NCBI GenBank assembly: GCA_011364965.1
Contig: RDOB01000004.1
Span: 360,769-424,768, forward strand
DNA: 64,000 nt
Reading direction: 5' to 3'
Source: Candidatus Heimdallarchaeota archaeon
GTDB taxonomy: Archaea > Asgardarchaeota > Heimdallarchaeia > Hodarchaeales > Hodarchaeaceae
Each line of letters begins with the position of its first letter. Positions within the stretch are counted from its first letter, which is position 1. Of the stretch, positions 49,763 through 60,031 are shown piece by piece. The notes under the pieces are model-generated. The model ran no database searches. It worked only from the letters and a program-made list of their open reading frames with translations, and was not told the DNA's origin. The position numbers were made by a program, and so were the translations under genes.

Positions 49763-51934
49763 TTACGGATTTTTATACCTATCTAGAGATAAAGGATCTA
49801 TATGAGCAAGGTTATATTGCTCTTGGAGAGCTTTTACAGCGGGTTGTTTTTGAATCAGCTTGATGTCTGAAACTAATTCAGGTTTTAGATGAAATTCATT
49901 TGATTTCATAAGTGTGACTTCTCCATTTACAGAAATAATAAATCTTCTTTCATCAGGTTTTATTTTCAAAAGACTCTTTAAATGTTCATAATTCTCAAGG
50001 GATATACCTAATAGGGTTGACACTGCTCTTGGATCATGTTTAGTATAAAAAAATACCATTACACCAGCATTAGAAAGCATCGATTGATCTACCACTGGAT
50101 CTGTCCCAATAAAAATCATTGAAACATCGTATGCTCTTAATGTCCAAGGTCCACGGGCTATCATGGATCCTGATGATTTTGTATATGAATGAGGAGCTGG
50201 TATAAGTTTTTGTATCTCATCTAAAATAAAAATATTCTTTGGAAGCCCTTCTTCTTTGAATGATAATCGAGAAATGCGTAAAAAATAATATAAATATTGA
50301 AAAACTATATCTAAAAAAATTTGTCGTCCTTTTTGATCTTCCATGGCTTCAAAAGCTGATAAATCAATGATTACATTTTCCTCAATTAATTTAGTAATCG
50401 CAAAAGTTGTTTCTTTGACGCATAGACATCTCCCAATGTTTCCAAACATAAGTTTTTCTACTCGGTTTAGTACACTAGCAGAGGTACTCTCAATATAGGC
50501 GCCTCTCATATTAACCTTTTCGGGATACTCAATAAAGTGTGTAAAATCCTTAAAATTTCCCTCTTGGTTGATTGTTCTAATTATCGCTAAACGCAATAAC
50601 TGTCTCATTTGAGGTGAAACTTTATCTTGATTATCATCAAAAATTTGTTCAAAAACAGAGATAACAAAGTGAATGTGATCTTCTTTGTCAATAATGTACT
50701 CACCTTGATCATTTTTGGGGATTTGGAAAACATTAATACCCCATGGAAATGAAGTCGATCCTGGTTTTAAAAAAGAAAAATCTTTGCAGAATGTGGAAAT
50801 CGGGAATAGATATTCTCCTTTTGGATCGAAAATTAAGAATTTTGAGCTTTGGGTATAAAATTCTCGAATTAAACCGAAAATAAATCTACTTTTCCCCTCT
50901 CCAGTCATCCCAAAAACTGCGATGTGTCTACATAGATCCTTTCCATTTATTGTTAATTGCTCATCTGATGTTTTGCCACTAAAAATGGGGATGCCGATAT
51001 TAATTGACTGTCTCATGTTCTGTGAAAAAACCCGAGTTGAAAGTTGATATCGTGATTTGTGGGGAATAAGTGAATAACCATTCTTGGTAAATTGCCTTTG
51101 CGGAGGACTGATATACGACATTAAAGAAAAACCATCAACAACAATGGGTAACACTAATTTTCTTTTCCGACAAATGTTCATGAAAGAAGAAATTCGATTC
51201 CAAAATGATGGATAAACTTTACTGGACAGACCATACGATGAGAAAATAACTGTAATCCTTTCTATTTTCGATCTTAAAATTTCTGAATCAGTTTCCACTA
51301 AAATGATACGGGGAGAAAACTCAAAACAACCTAATTCATTCATTATATCTTCTATTGTCGTATTATAATGCCTATCTATCCTTCCTTCTTGGATATTGAA
51401 CTTAATCTGAGTTATCCTTGGCTCTTCAGGTAAAAATTCCTTCGGAATTTTCTTTTTTGATCTGAAAATAAATTGGATGAAAGCAAAATGGGGGGAATCA
51501 GTGAGAATTTCTAATAAAGCTTCCGAAAAATTGATTGTTGTACTCAATGGCAATTTAATATCATATGAACGTCCTATTAGTCCCCCAGTAAAGAATTGTT
51601 CCCTTTCTGGATCCAAAGCAAACTTATTTTGTAAGATATTCAGAACAATAGAAATTGGGTAGTTTCCCAAGCTTTGAAAGTCTGGATGTAACCCTAAATC
51701 AGTAAGAAATTGCTTTATGCTAGCAAAACCATGAGTATCTCTATTTTTTTTCAGGATTCCTTTTGTATTACAGGTTATAGTCACATATATCGCGTCTGGA
51801 GAGAATATGGAATATTCAAGACTAAAGGTGGAATGAGATGCTTTCAATGCTTGAATTGCGTTGATTTTGGCGTTTTCTGGAATGTAATCGAGGAAAACTG
51901 CTTCAGCACTATAATCCATAAAACCATCACACAT
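49763..51934 (-). CDS. HerA/VirB4-like ATPase
   Basis: RHIAVFGMTGEGKS, IFDPKGEY, IFILDEIQ; long unrecognised N-terminal domain. Confidence 0.88.
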   Translation of the reverse strand: MCDGFMDYSAEAVFLDYIPENAKINAIQALKASHSTFSLEYSIFSPDAIYVTITCNTKGILKKNRDTHGFASIKQFLTDLGLHPDFQSLGNYPISIVLNILQNKFALDPEREQFFTGGLIGRSYDIKLPLSTTINFSEALLEILTDSPHFAFIQFIFRSKKKIPKEFLPEEPRITQIKFNIQEGRIDRHYNTTIEDIMNELGCFEFSPRIILVETDSEILRSKIERITVIFSSYGLSSKVYPSFWNRISSFMNICRKRKLVLPIVVDGFSLMSYISPPQRQFTKNGYSLIPHKSRYQLSTRVFSQNMRQSINIGIPIFSGKTSDEQLTINGKDLCRHIAVFGMTGEGKSRFIFGLIREFYTQSSKFLIFDPKGEYLFPISTFCKDFSFLKPGSTSFPWGINVFQIPKNDQGEYIIDKEDHIHFVISVFEQIFDDNQDKVSPQMRQLLRLAIIRTINQEGNFKDFTHFIEYPEKVNMRGAYIESTSASVLNRVEKLMFGNIGRCLCVKETTFAITKLIEENVIIDLSAFEAMEDQKGRQIFLDIVFQYLYYFLRISRLSFKEEGLPKNIFILDEIQKLIPAPHSYTKSSGSMIARGPWTLRAYDVSMIFIGTDPVVDQSMLSNAGVMVFFYTKHDPRAVSTLLGISLENYEHLKSLLKIKPDERRFIISVNGEVTLMKSNEFHLKPELVSDIKLIQKQPAVKALQEQYNLAHIDPLSLDRYKNP

Positions 51935-52260
51935 AAGAACAGAATAGCTATCAACTGAAATTTTGAAGGTCGAATACTTCGTTTTATTAAATATTCATAA
52001 GATATTTATTTAAGCACCCTAGAATTCCCAATAATGCTAATTCAAAGGATATTTTTACTTTTTTTCGTACTTTGATAAGTTTGGGTGGTTAAAAGAGAAG
52101 TTGTGTCTTCAATCTTGAGTTTGCATAGAACTAAATCCAAACTCAGGAAGTTAAATCAAAGATGCCCCCATTTGGAAAACCACCAGGAACTAGCTAAAGT
52201 TTTTGTATAAGCAGGAACTCCCCTCTTCCTTTTCTTTTTTTCTCTTTCATGGTTATGAGA

Positions 52261-52647
52261 CTAACACTTTTTGACAACAATCTTGAAGTCTGTAGCGTCA
52301 GGACAACAAGATTCAATAAAACCGAGAACTCGACTCATTCGGGAAGTTATCTTTAAAACCATGCTTGAACCTTTGGAAGTTAATTTGTATGTCTTGATCC
52401 TCTGATCCTTAATACCATCCTTTGTGGTTCGAATATTTGGATCATCTTCTGTTTTCTCTTCGATTAAACCTTTCTCAACTAAGGATTGAATGATTTTGTA
52501 CGTTGCACCTGTGGAAGGAGACCAATCTTCCCCTAGGCTCTCCTGAAGCCGATTAACGATTTCATAACCAGCTAGAGATTCAGAATTATGAAGCACTAGA
52601 AGGAATAAAGCTTCTGTGGGAGTAATGTCCAAATTTTTCCCAAGCAA
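52261..52647 (-). CDS. PadR-family transcriptional regulator with C-terminal Cys-Cys
   Basis: GYEI, WSPSTGATY, LVEKGLI, YKLTSKG; tail ESCCP...C. Confidence 0.88.
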   Translation of the reverse strand: MLGKNLDITPTEALFLLVLHNSESLAGYEIVNRLQESLGEDWSPSTGATYKIIQSLVEKGLIEEKTEDDPNIRTTKDGIKDQRIKTYKLTSKGSSMVLKITSRMSRVLGFIESCCPDATDFKIVVKKC

Positions 52648-52723
52648 ATTAAACAGTCGCTCCTCTTGAAGGAAATCCAGCTACTGTTTTATTCAAAAAA
52701 TATTTAAACTTTGTGCCGATTGA

Positions 52724-52758
52724 ATATTCCAAAGGAATATACTTTAGGAATATACTTT
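52724..52758. promoter_or_regulatory. Candidate operator between padR and arsM
   Basis: Inverted repeat ATATTCC-aaa-GGAATAT (52724-52740) overlapping tandem AGGAATATACTTT x2 (52733-52758), just downstream of a TTTAAA box. Confidence 0.6.
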
Positions 52759-52776
52759 CTCTTTCCTAAATAGTAA

Positions 52777-53742
52777 ATGGAGATCGAAGATATAATGAAA
52801 GATGAAAAAAGTCTTGAAAAACCAAGGAATTATTCTTGTTGTGGGTCTACTCCCTCAGAATCAGCTAAGGATGACCAATCAATTATAGAAGATGAAAAAA
52901 TTCGTCAGAAAATACGACAACAATATGCAAATTTTGCAAACCAAAGTACATCATCCCAGACTGAAGTGGTCAATCCTGGTAATTATACTTCCTATACTGA
53001 GGAGGATTTACAAAAGCTTCCTGAAGGAGCTGATTTGGGTTTAGGCTCTGGAAATCCAGTAGCGTTGGCTGATATTCGTGAAGGAGAAGTAATCGTAGAT
53101 CTAGGGTCGGGTGCAGGTATTGATTGTTTTTTAGCTTCGCAAAAAACTGGGGATAGTGGTAAAGTTATAGGAATTGACATGACAGCAGAGATGATCAGCA
53201 AAGCGAGGAGTAACGCTAGAGGAAGTGGATTAAAAAATATAGAATTCAGATTGGGGGAAATTGAACATCTACCTGTCGCAGATAGCTCGGTCGATGTAAT
53301 AATTTCAAATTGCGTTATCAACCTTTCTATGGATAAGCTCCAAGTTTTTAGAGAGGCATACAGAATTTTAAAACCCGGAGGAAGATTAATGATTTCGGAT
53401 ATAGTCTTGCAGGAGGAATTTCCAGAAGTGGTGAAAAAAGCTCTGGCTGATGCACCAGGTTGTGTCTCTAGAGCTTGGGTTAGAGAGGATTATTTGACTG
53501 TTATTGAAGAAGCTGGTTTTGAAGCGGTAGAAATGATTGAAGCTCAAGTAATTCGACCTCAAAAAAAAATAGAAGAACAAGCAAATGGAACATTCAAAGG
53601 TAAAATTATTAGTGATGGTCAAGCTGTTGAAGTTGATTTAAGTCCTGATGAGGCAACTCGTTTAGCGAATACAATTATGAAAGCCCATATTAAAGCTATC
53701 AAACCCTTAACCCCCTCAGATTACGAAAATTTGAACCATTAA
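52777..53742 (+). CDS. arsM: Arsenite S-adenosylmethionine methyltransferase
   Basis: LGLGSGNP, DLGSGAGIDCF, GIDMTAEMI, ISNCVINL, PGCV. Confidence 0.92.
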   Translation: MEIEDIMKDEKSLEKPRNYSCCGSTPSESAKDDQSIIEDEKIRQKIRQQYANFANQSTSSQTEVVNPGNYTSYTEEDLQKLPEGADLGLGSGNPVALADIREGEVIVDLGSGAGIDCFLASQKTGDSGKVIGIDMTAEMISKARSNARGSGLKNIEFRLGEIEHLPVADSSVDVIISNCVINLSMDKLQVFREAYRILKPGGRLMISDIVLQEEFPEVVKKALADAPGCVSRAWVREDYLTVIEEAGFEAVEMIEAQVIRPQKKIEEQANGTFKGKIISDGQAVEVDLSPDEATRLANTIMKAHIKAIKPLTPSDYENLNH

Positions 53743-53836
53743 GCTTATTTTTTGAGAAAATAACTTCTGTGAGGTGTTACAGTACTACCGAAGACTAATA
53801 TGGTAAGACAAAAAAAACAATATCGAGGCATTCTGT

Positions 53837-54454
53837 GTGATTATTACAAATCCACTCCCTGATATAATCGTATACACAAAGTTCATAATCATTGCTGACA
53901 TCGCTAATCCTTATACACTTAATATTCCCTTTTTTTGTCAACGCTGTGGACAGTGTTGCAGGGATATTGCCTTTCCAGAACCTAAACAATTCATGAAACT
54001 GGCTCAGAAATTTTCAGACCAGATTCAGGTCTTCCTTGATGATCCTGATCTCGCAGATAGAGGGTTAAAGAAACCTTGTTTCTTTTTACAAGTCAATAAC
54101 CTTTGCTCGATCTACCAAGAGAGAACTAAACTTTGTCGGGAGTGGTTCCCTCGTAGTGGAAAAAAATGTCCAGCATATCTTCAACACATTAAGATATGCA
54201 GATATTTTTTAAAAAATCAAGCATACCAAGTAGGAGTACGGGAGCTTATCTACATAGGAGAGAAATCTTACGATCCCAATTATCCTCTAGTTAAAAATCT
54301 GGAAGAAATCAATCGAGAATTAATAGACTACATTTATCCATCCGAATCCATTGCAAGGAGAATTTGGAGACAAATACTTCAGCTGCGACTCAAAGAAGAG
54401 GAAAAACTAATTTTTCGTGCAATAAATCCGATTTTTACACACATTTTAATGTGA
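53837..54454 (+). CDS. YkgJ/FliB-family cysteine-cluster protein
   Basis: CQRCGQCC, PCFFL, CSIYQER...CREWFP. Confidence 0.85.
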   Translation: MIITNPLPDIIVYTKFIIIADIANPYTLNIPFFCQRCGQCCRDIAFPEPKQFMKLAQKFSDQIQVFLDDPDLADRGLKKPCFFLQVNNLCSIYQERTKLCREWFPRSGKKCPAYLQHIKICRYFLKNQAYQVGVRELIYIGEKSYDPNYPLVKNLEEINRELIDYIYPSESIARRIWRQILQLRLKEEEKLIFRAINPIFTHILM

Positions 54455-54467
54455 AAATCCAAAGGGT

Positions 54468-54935
54468 TTAGGTTCTCATCCTGTAAGTCATTTCATTGTG
54501 GATACTTTCAAAACCAAATTTCTCGTATAACTTCTGCCCAGTTTCAGTTGTGTGGAGACGGATGAGAGAAACTCCTTGCTCCTGAACATAATTCACTAAG
54601 GTTTTAAATAATAACGATCCAATACCCTTATTTCGCCATTTTGAGAGTGTAAACATGTTCATAATATATGCTTCTTTACCTGATGGATTATTGGGAGAAG
54701 GAGGTTTCTGAAGAAAAACAAGACCACTGACTGCAATCACTGATCCCTCTGATTCTGCAAGCCATGCAATAAACTCATTTCTTTCAATCGCAGATTGAAA
54801 ATAATCAAAACAAGCTTGGGAAAAAGGTTTTTCCTCTTGTACCGATGAAATTAGATTCATTTCACGAAATAATTTAATACGAAACATGATCAAGGATGGA
54901 ATATCTTTAGCAGTGACTTGCCGAATGGTATACAT
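54468..54935 (-). CDS. GNAT-family acetyltransferase
   Basis: WRNKGIGS, LYEKFGF. Confidence 0.92.
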   Translation of the reverse strand: MYTIRQVTAKDIPSLIMFRIKLFREMNLISSVQEEKPFSQACFDYFQSAIERNEFIAWLAESEGSVIAVSGLVFLQKPPSPNNPSGKEAYIMNMFTLSKWRNKGIGSLLFKTLVNYVQEQGVSLIRLHTTETGQKLYEKFGFESIHNEMTYRMRT

Positions 54936-55318
54936 CTACTTTCAATCCATTAAAATAATAATAATACCGAGTAATAACATTTGACTGAGAAATTTTAGAA
55001 TTGGTAATATCCCGTAATTTATTTGGTAATAAGTTTTTGTTTATAGGGATTCAAATTTCAAATGAATAAATTTTCTGATTTTAAGTTTGGTATTCGTGGA
55101 ATTATTTAGGGGATATTCTCTTGAAATAACCTAAAGGAGACTCTTTTTTATGAAATTATATCCAGAATGTAAAAAATGGCCTAATAATCTCTTCTTAAAT
55201 AATTAATGACTAGAATCTTAGCTAGTAGACGTCCGAACATCAATTCTCGAATGTCTCGTTTCCGAAGGAAAAAAGAACCCAGTTATTAGTTTCTTGAATA
55301 GTATGAATATGTGTGCAT

Positions 55319-56146
55319 TTATTCAAACCTAAAGTGGACAATTCGAGACATTTTTCTGATGAAGGGAATGAACCTTAAGATCTTGAAGATTCCTATTCTC
55401 GCTTCTCTTTCATTAAAAAAAGACCATTCACTGACGAATTGAAGTTTTGGGCTCCAATTCTCAATTTCATGTATATCTTTCAACCCCCATTTGAATTCTG
55501 CTTGAAACTCTTTAAGACCGATATTCTTATTGACATCTTTGACCATAAAATTAGTATAAACATCAAAAAAAATCTCTGCTTTCGGAAATGAATTCACCAT
55601 TTCTCGGAAGAGGGATTTCACTTTTATCAATGGGAGATATACCAGAACTGCTTCTGCTATAAAAAGAACTGGGTCTTGAATTTTAGATGAAAGTGAAAGA
55701 ATCCTTGGAATCCAAGAGTAATCAAGAAGTGAATATCCAAGAAATGGATTTCTTGGATTTTCAGATAGGAGTTTTTTTCTGATATTGATAACCTCGGGAA
55801 GATCAAGATCAATAAAAGTAAGAAAGCCATTATCTATCCGTTCAAAACGGCTGTCCAATCCTGATCCAAAACTAACGACTAATCCCTTAGGATATTTTTC
55901 GAGATATGATCTGACTTGGTTATCAAAATACCTAGCACGCAAGGCATGTCCGACAATCGCGGGTTTTTCTAAGGAATTTTGAAGAGATAGAAAATCAAAA
56001 TCAATATGCTCTATAAGTTCTAAGGCCTTTTTGTCATTCAAAATAGATTTTTGCGCCTTTGCATCAAGTGCTCGAGAGAGTAGGGGCATTAACAAGGTGT
56101 TTTCCACTCCTGTTAGCTGGTCGACTTTAACATATTGATTTTGCAT
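55319..56146 (-). CDS. Class I SAM methyltransferase (LCM/TcmP-like)
   Basis: TLLMPLLSRA, GSGLDSRFER, DLDLPEV, AEAVLVYL. Confidence 0.9.
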   Translation of the reverse strand: MQNQYVKVDQLTGVENTLLMPLLSRALDAKAQKSILNDKKALELIEHIDFDFLSLQNSLEKPAIVGHALRARYFDNQVRSYLEKYPKGLVVSFGSGLDSRFERIDNGFLTFIDLDLPEVINIRKKLLSENPRNPFLGYSLLDYSWIPRILSLSSKIQDPVLFIAEAVLVYLPLIKVKSLFREMVNSFPKAEIFFDVYTNFMVKDVNKNIGLKEFQAEFKWGLKDIHEIENWSPKLQFVSEWSFFNEREARIGIFKILRFIPFIRKMSRIVHFRFE

Positions 56147-56487
56147 GATTTTTATCCTACTTTATTGAAATTAAAAAGGTACTATTGTTCTCTATGTAAA
56201 TGCTCCAGACTTCAGAAATGTGAAATAGAAACAGTAAAGTGATTTATACTCTCATAAAGAATAACTAAAAATTGTATCTGATTTGAAAATCGATTGAGAA
56301 TTTATTAAACTTAGAGAAAACAATTTGTAAAAGAGTAAAGAATATTTAATCAAAGGAGATCTTAATTTTTTCAATTTCTAAGCGCAAGGTTTAAATAAAA
56401 GAAAAACGCATTACTAACCGACGAATTTTACTAAGAAACAGTAAGAAGAGTCTCAACTATCATCAAAAGGTTAATCGAGGTGATATT

Positions 56488-56556
56488 GTGGCCGAAGAAA
56501 AGAAAAAAGAACAGATTCCTAAAAAGCCCCAAGAAACCAGAAAGCCTAAGAAATAA
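56488..56556 (+). CDS. Putative 22-aa Lys/Glu/Pro-rich microprotein
   Basis: GAGGTGA RBS at 56477-56483, GTG start, MAEEKKKEQIPKKPQETRKPKK*; upstream TTTAAATA box. Confidence 0.55.
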   Translation: MAEEKKKEQIPKKPQETRKPKK

Positions 56557-56601
56557 CAGCTCTCTATGGTTGGCATATTGCTTTAAATTTACTTAAATTT
56601 T

Positions 56602-56632
56602 GGATAGGAAGTGTGTTGAACACTTCTTATCC
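56602..56632. terminator. Stem-loop between convergent genes
   Basis: GGATAGGAAGTGT-gttga-ACACTTCTTATCC, 13-bp stem with one G:U. Confidence 0.5.
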
Positions 56633-56652
56633 ATTCATTCTCTATTATTAAT

Positions 56653-58116
56653 CTATTTGCTGATTTTCTCTTTTTCAATACGTTTTATTTGCTGGTAATT
56701 CTTAAGAATACTTGAAGAGATATTTGTCATCTGTTTAAAACCTATTGAGATAGGTAAAACTCTAAAAAATTTCTTCATTTCTATAAAAACCTCTTGAATG
56801 ACAATTTTTTCGTCTACTTCTCCAACTTCTTGAATATTAGTTAGGAAAAATAAGGTAGTAGATCCTAGGAGCGCAGCTAGCAAAAATAATATATCAAAAC
56901 TATTGAATATCCAGAATGAAAACTTTAGAGTTGTCAACCCCTCATCTATTATTCCAGCTAATAAGGGTGCTATACCCGAAGCAAATGCAATAACAATATT
57001 TCGAACAGCCAAATAGGAAGTTGCATTTCCCCTAGGTGCAAGTTTTAGTCCAATATTTGCTGTTGCTAGATTTATTCCTGCAATAGAAATACCGATAAAA
57101 AGATAAATAAGAATTAATAGCGCTATAAGAACCAATCTAACCTTTATTAAGGGAGTAAAAATCCATAAGAAAATACTGAATAATAATAACGGACACGAGA
57201 TAAGTAGGACTGATTTATTACTGAATTTGTCAATAATATTTCCCCAAATCCTAAAGAAGAATACATTTACTAATTGGGACATCATTTGAAAGATAATAAT
57301 CAGACTTAGATCCAATTTCAGGATGTTTATTAAATAAACTGTAAAGAAAGGAGTGGCTAAATTAATGAAAAAGTTCCAAGTGAAAAGAAATAGAATCAAG
57401 TGCTTGAAATTGATGTCTCCAAAAGGAGTGAGAAAAATCCGTGTGTAATTATTACGAGAAATTATAGGTTTGATTTTCATCTGAGGCTCGAATATTAAGG
57501 AAACGATGCCCACTCCGATCATGCCTACAATAAATCCCCCTAGAAAAAGAATAGAATAAGCATATAATAAAGTTGAAGGAGATGTTGCACGCCAGTAGTC
57601 AAGGAAAAGTCCAGCGATAAGCGCAACCACGATACCAAAACCCATGGCCCAAGTCATTCTTCGGGAAAAAAAATGTCCCATCACTTCTTCAGGAATTAAA
57701 TCTCTCATCCAGGAATCCCAACTGCAATTACCTATGGCTCCAATTGAATAGTGCAGAGCAATTAGAACAAGTAATGTTGGAATTGCTAATTCTATTGAAT
57801 ATAAAACAGGCACAAATATCATAGGAAGAAGAAAAAATCGAGAAAGTGAGGTGGCAATAATATTGATTCTTCTTCTAACTTGATATTTTTCAATTAAATA
57901 AATAGCTGGAATTTGAATAAGTTGGGCTAAAAAGGGAATAGCAATGATAAAACCAATAATTATACTGTTGGCACCTAAATCAAGAGCAAAAGAAATTAAA
58001 AATACTCCACTAGTTAAAGTAAGCATGATTTGGGTAGTGATCCCATCTCTAAGAACTCGGATTAAGCTCTGTCGGGTCTCCTCTTCTGATAATGACTCCT
58101 TAGTTCGAGATTTCAT
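56653..58116 (-). CDS. MFS transporter
   Basis: About 12 TM; WDSWMRDLIP, WGNIIDKFSNK. Confidence 0.9.
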   Translation of the reverse strand: MKSRTKESLSEEETRQSLIRVLRDGITTQIMLTLTSGVFLISFALDLGANSIIIGFIIAIPFLAQLIQIPAIYLIEKYQVRRRINIIATSLSRFFLLPMIFVPVLYSIELAIPTLLVLIALHYSIGAIGNCSWDSWMRDLIPEEVMGHFFSRRMTWAMGFGIVVALIAGLFLDYWRATSPSTLLYAYSILFLGGFIVGMIGVGIVSLIFEPQMKIKPIISRNNYTRIFLTPFGDINFKHLILFLFTWNFFINLATPFFTVYLINILKLDLSLIIIFQMMSQLVNVFFFRIWGNIIDKFSNKSVLLISCPLLLFSIFLWIFTPLIKVRLVLIALLILIYLFIGISIAGINLATANIGLKLAPRGNATSYLAVRNIVIAFASGIAPLLAGIIDEGLTTLKFSFWIFNSFDILFLLAALLGSTTLFFLTNIQEVGEVDEKIVIQEVFIEMKKFFRVLPISIGFKQMTNISSSILKNYQQIKRIEKEKISK

Positions 58117-58450
58117 TGCTTAATCTCCAATATTCCTCAATACCTCTGTTAAATTAACCCAACATAAAAAGCTGTTTCATCCTACCTGAATGCAAAATTC
58201 ATCAATATAACCTGATGAGGCCTCTTCTTTCTGAACATTAAATTGGCCCCTACTATTGATAACATTCAGATCCCTAAATTAATTAAATAATAATAATGGG
58301 GAAAAAAACTAATAGATTAACTAAAGTAAGAATCTAAAGATATATACCGCGAAAACCAGTTTAATAATAAGATTCAAGACCGATTAAAATGAATAGAAAT
58401 TCAAGTTAAACGATATTTATAGGTCAAAACGCGCTTAAATGTGATTTCCT

Positions 58451-60031
58451 GTGATAAATCACTCAAAAATAGAATTTAAGAAAATTGAAACCCTTTTACA
58501 GAAAGGAAAATTTTCTTTAGCATATAATATAATTATAGAAAATCTAAAAGAAAATAATTTGTTAAATAGAGATCAAGTAACACTAAAGCTCCTGATGGGT
58601 CAATGTTTTGTCAAACAGGGAAAATTTCAAGAAGCCATTGATATCATTACAAGCATTTCAACTGAATGTGAAAGATTAGGAGAAATTAATTTAACAATTC
58701 AAGCTTTTCTTCTCCTTACAGAAATATATTGGCGTATGGGAAAAATAATCGAGAGTAAAGAAGTCCTCACCCAATGTGAAGTCCTTCTAGAAGGATTGAG
58801 TGAGGAAAAATCCAAAAGGAAAGGGGAATACTTTCACCAGAAAGGAAGCATTCAGATGCGACAAGGAGAGCTGGATGACGCTCTCTCCTCATTTCAAACA
58901 GCTTTCGAATATCAAAAAGAAAATGAGCAGCTATATAATTTGGGGCAGACATTAAATTCTATTGGAGTAACCTACTTCTTCAAAGGAAAATTAAATGAAG
59001 CATTAAAAAGCTATAACCTATCCATAGAGTTTAAAGAGGAATTAGGAAATCCCCAGCAAATCGCTATTGCATATAATAACATTGGAGACGTTTATCATAC
59101 TCAGGGAGAATTAAAAAAGGCATATGAATATTATACAAAAGCTTTAGACCTCTTCAAAGAATCAGGAAATAAAGAACACATTTTTTCAGGATATCACAAT
59201 ATTGGAAAATTTTTTCATCAAAAACGCGATTTTGTGAACGCGAGAGATTATTTTACTAAAGCTGCAGAAATTGCAGAAGAATCAAAAAATGTTTTCAGTC
59301 TTTCAGAAAATCTATTTCACCAGATTTTGGTGAGTCTGGATTTAAAGGACCCAAAAACAACAAATATCTATTTAGAACAATTGCAGAGAATATCTAAGGG
59401 AAATCCTAATAAAATCATACAACTGAGACTTAGAGTCGCTCAAGCATTAGTACAAAAGACAACGACCCGAATCAAAGACAGGATGACTGCCTTGAGCTCA
59501 TTGCAATCGCTTATTGCAGAAAAACCTGTAAATCACGAATTATTGGTTATAGCTATGCTTCATACAACTGAATTATTGCTATACGAACTAAAGCTTTCAG
59601 AAACAAACGAAGAAGAGGTGCTACAGGAATTAAAAAATCTAGCCAGTTCTCTAGAGAAGATAGCTCAAGACCAACAACTCCATTCACTCCTTGCAGAAAC
59701 CTACCTATTGCAATCACGACTTGCTCTCATAGATTTAGACATCAAGAGGACAAAAGAGCTCCTGATGACAGCACAACTAATAGCTGATGAAAGAGGGTTA
59801 ATAAAATTAGCATCCACCATTAAAAATGAATTAGAATTATTGAAATCACAATTAAACAATTGGGAATTCATAATCGAGCAAAAACCAAACGTGAAAGATA
59901 TCTCTGCACTTAGCCTGATCGATGACCTAGTTCAAAGGATGATCAGACGCAAAGTATATCTGAGTGAGAGGGAAGCGATGGATTATTTAACGGAGGCAAA
60001 GCGTCTATTGAAAACTTGGGAAAAAACGTGA
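58451..60031 (+). CDS. TPR-repeat protein
   Basis: Repeated LNSIG/YNNIG/YHNIG TPR helices. Confidence 0.9.
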   Translation: MINHSKIEFKKIETLLQKGKFSLAYNIIIENLKENNLLNRDQVTLKLLMGQCFVKQGKFQEAIDIITSISTECERLGEINLTIQAFLLLTEIYWRMGKIIESKEVLTQCEVLLEGLSEEKSKRKGEYFHQKGSIQMRQGELDDALSSFQTAFEYQKENEQLYNLGQTLNSIGVTYFFKGKLNEALKSYNLSIEFKEELGNPQQIAIAYNNIGDVYHTQGELKKAYEYYTKALDLFKESGNKEHIFSGYHNIGKFFHQKRDFVNARDYFTKAAEIAEESKNVFSLSENLFHQILVSLDLKDPKTTNIYLEQLQRISKGNPNKIIQLRLRVAQALVQKTTTRIKDRMTALSSLQSLIAEKPVNHELLVIAMLHTTELLLYELKLSETNEEEVLQELKNLASSLEKIAQDQQLHSLLAETYLLQSRLALIDLDIKRTKELLMTAQLIADERGLIKLASTIKNELELLKSQLNNWEFIIEQKPNVKDISALSLIDDLVQRMIRRKVYLSEREAMDYLTEAKRLLKTWEKT

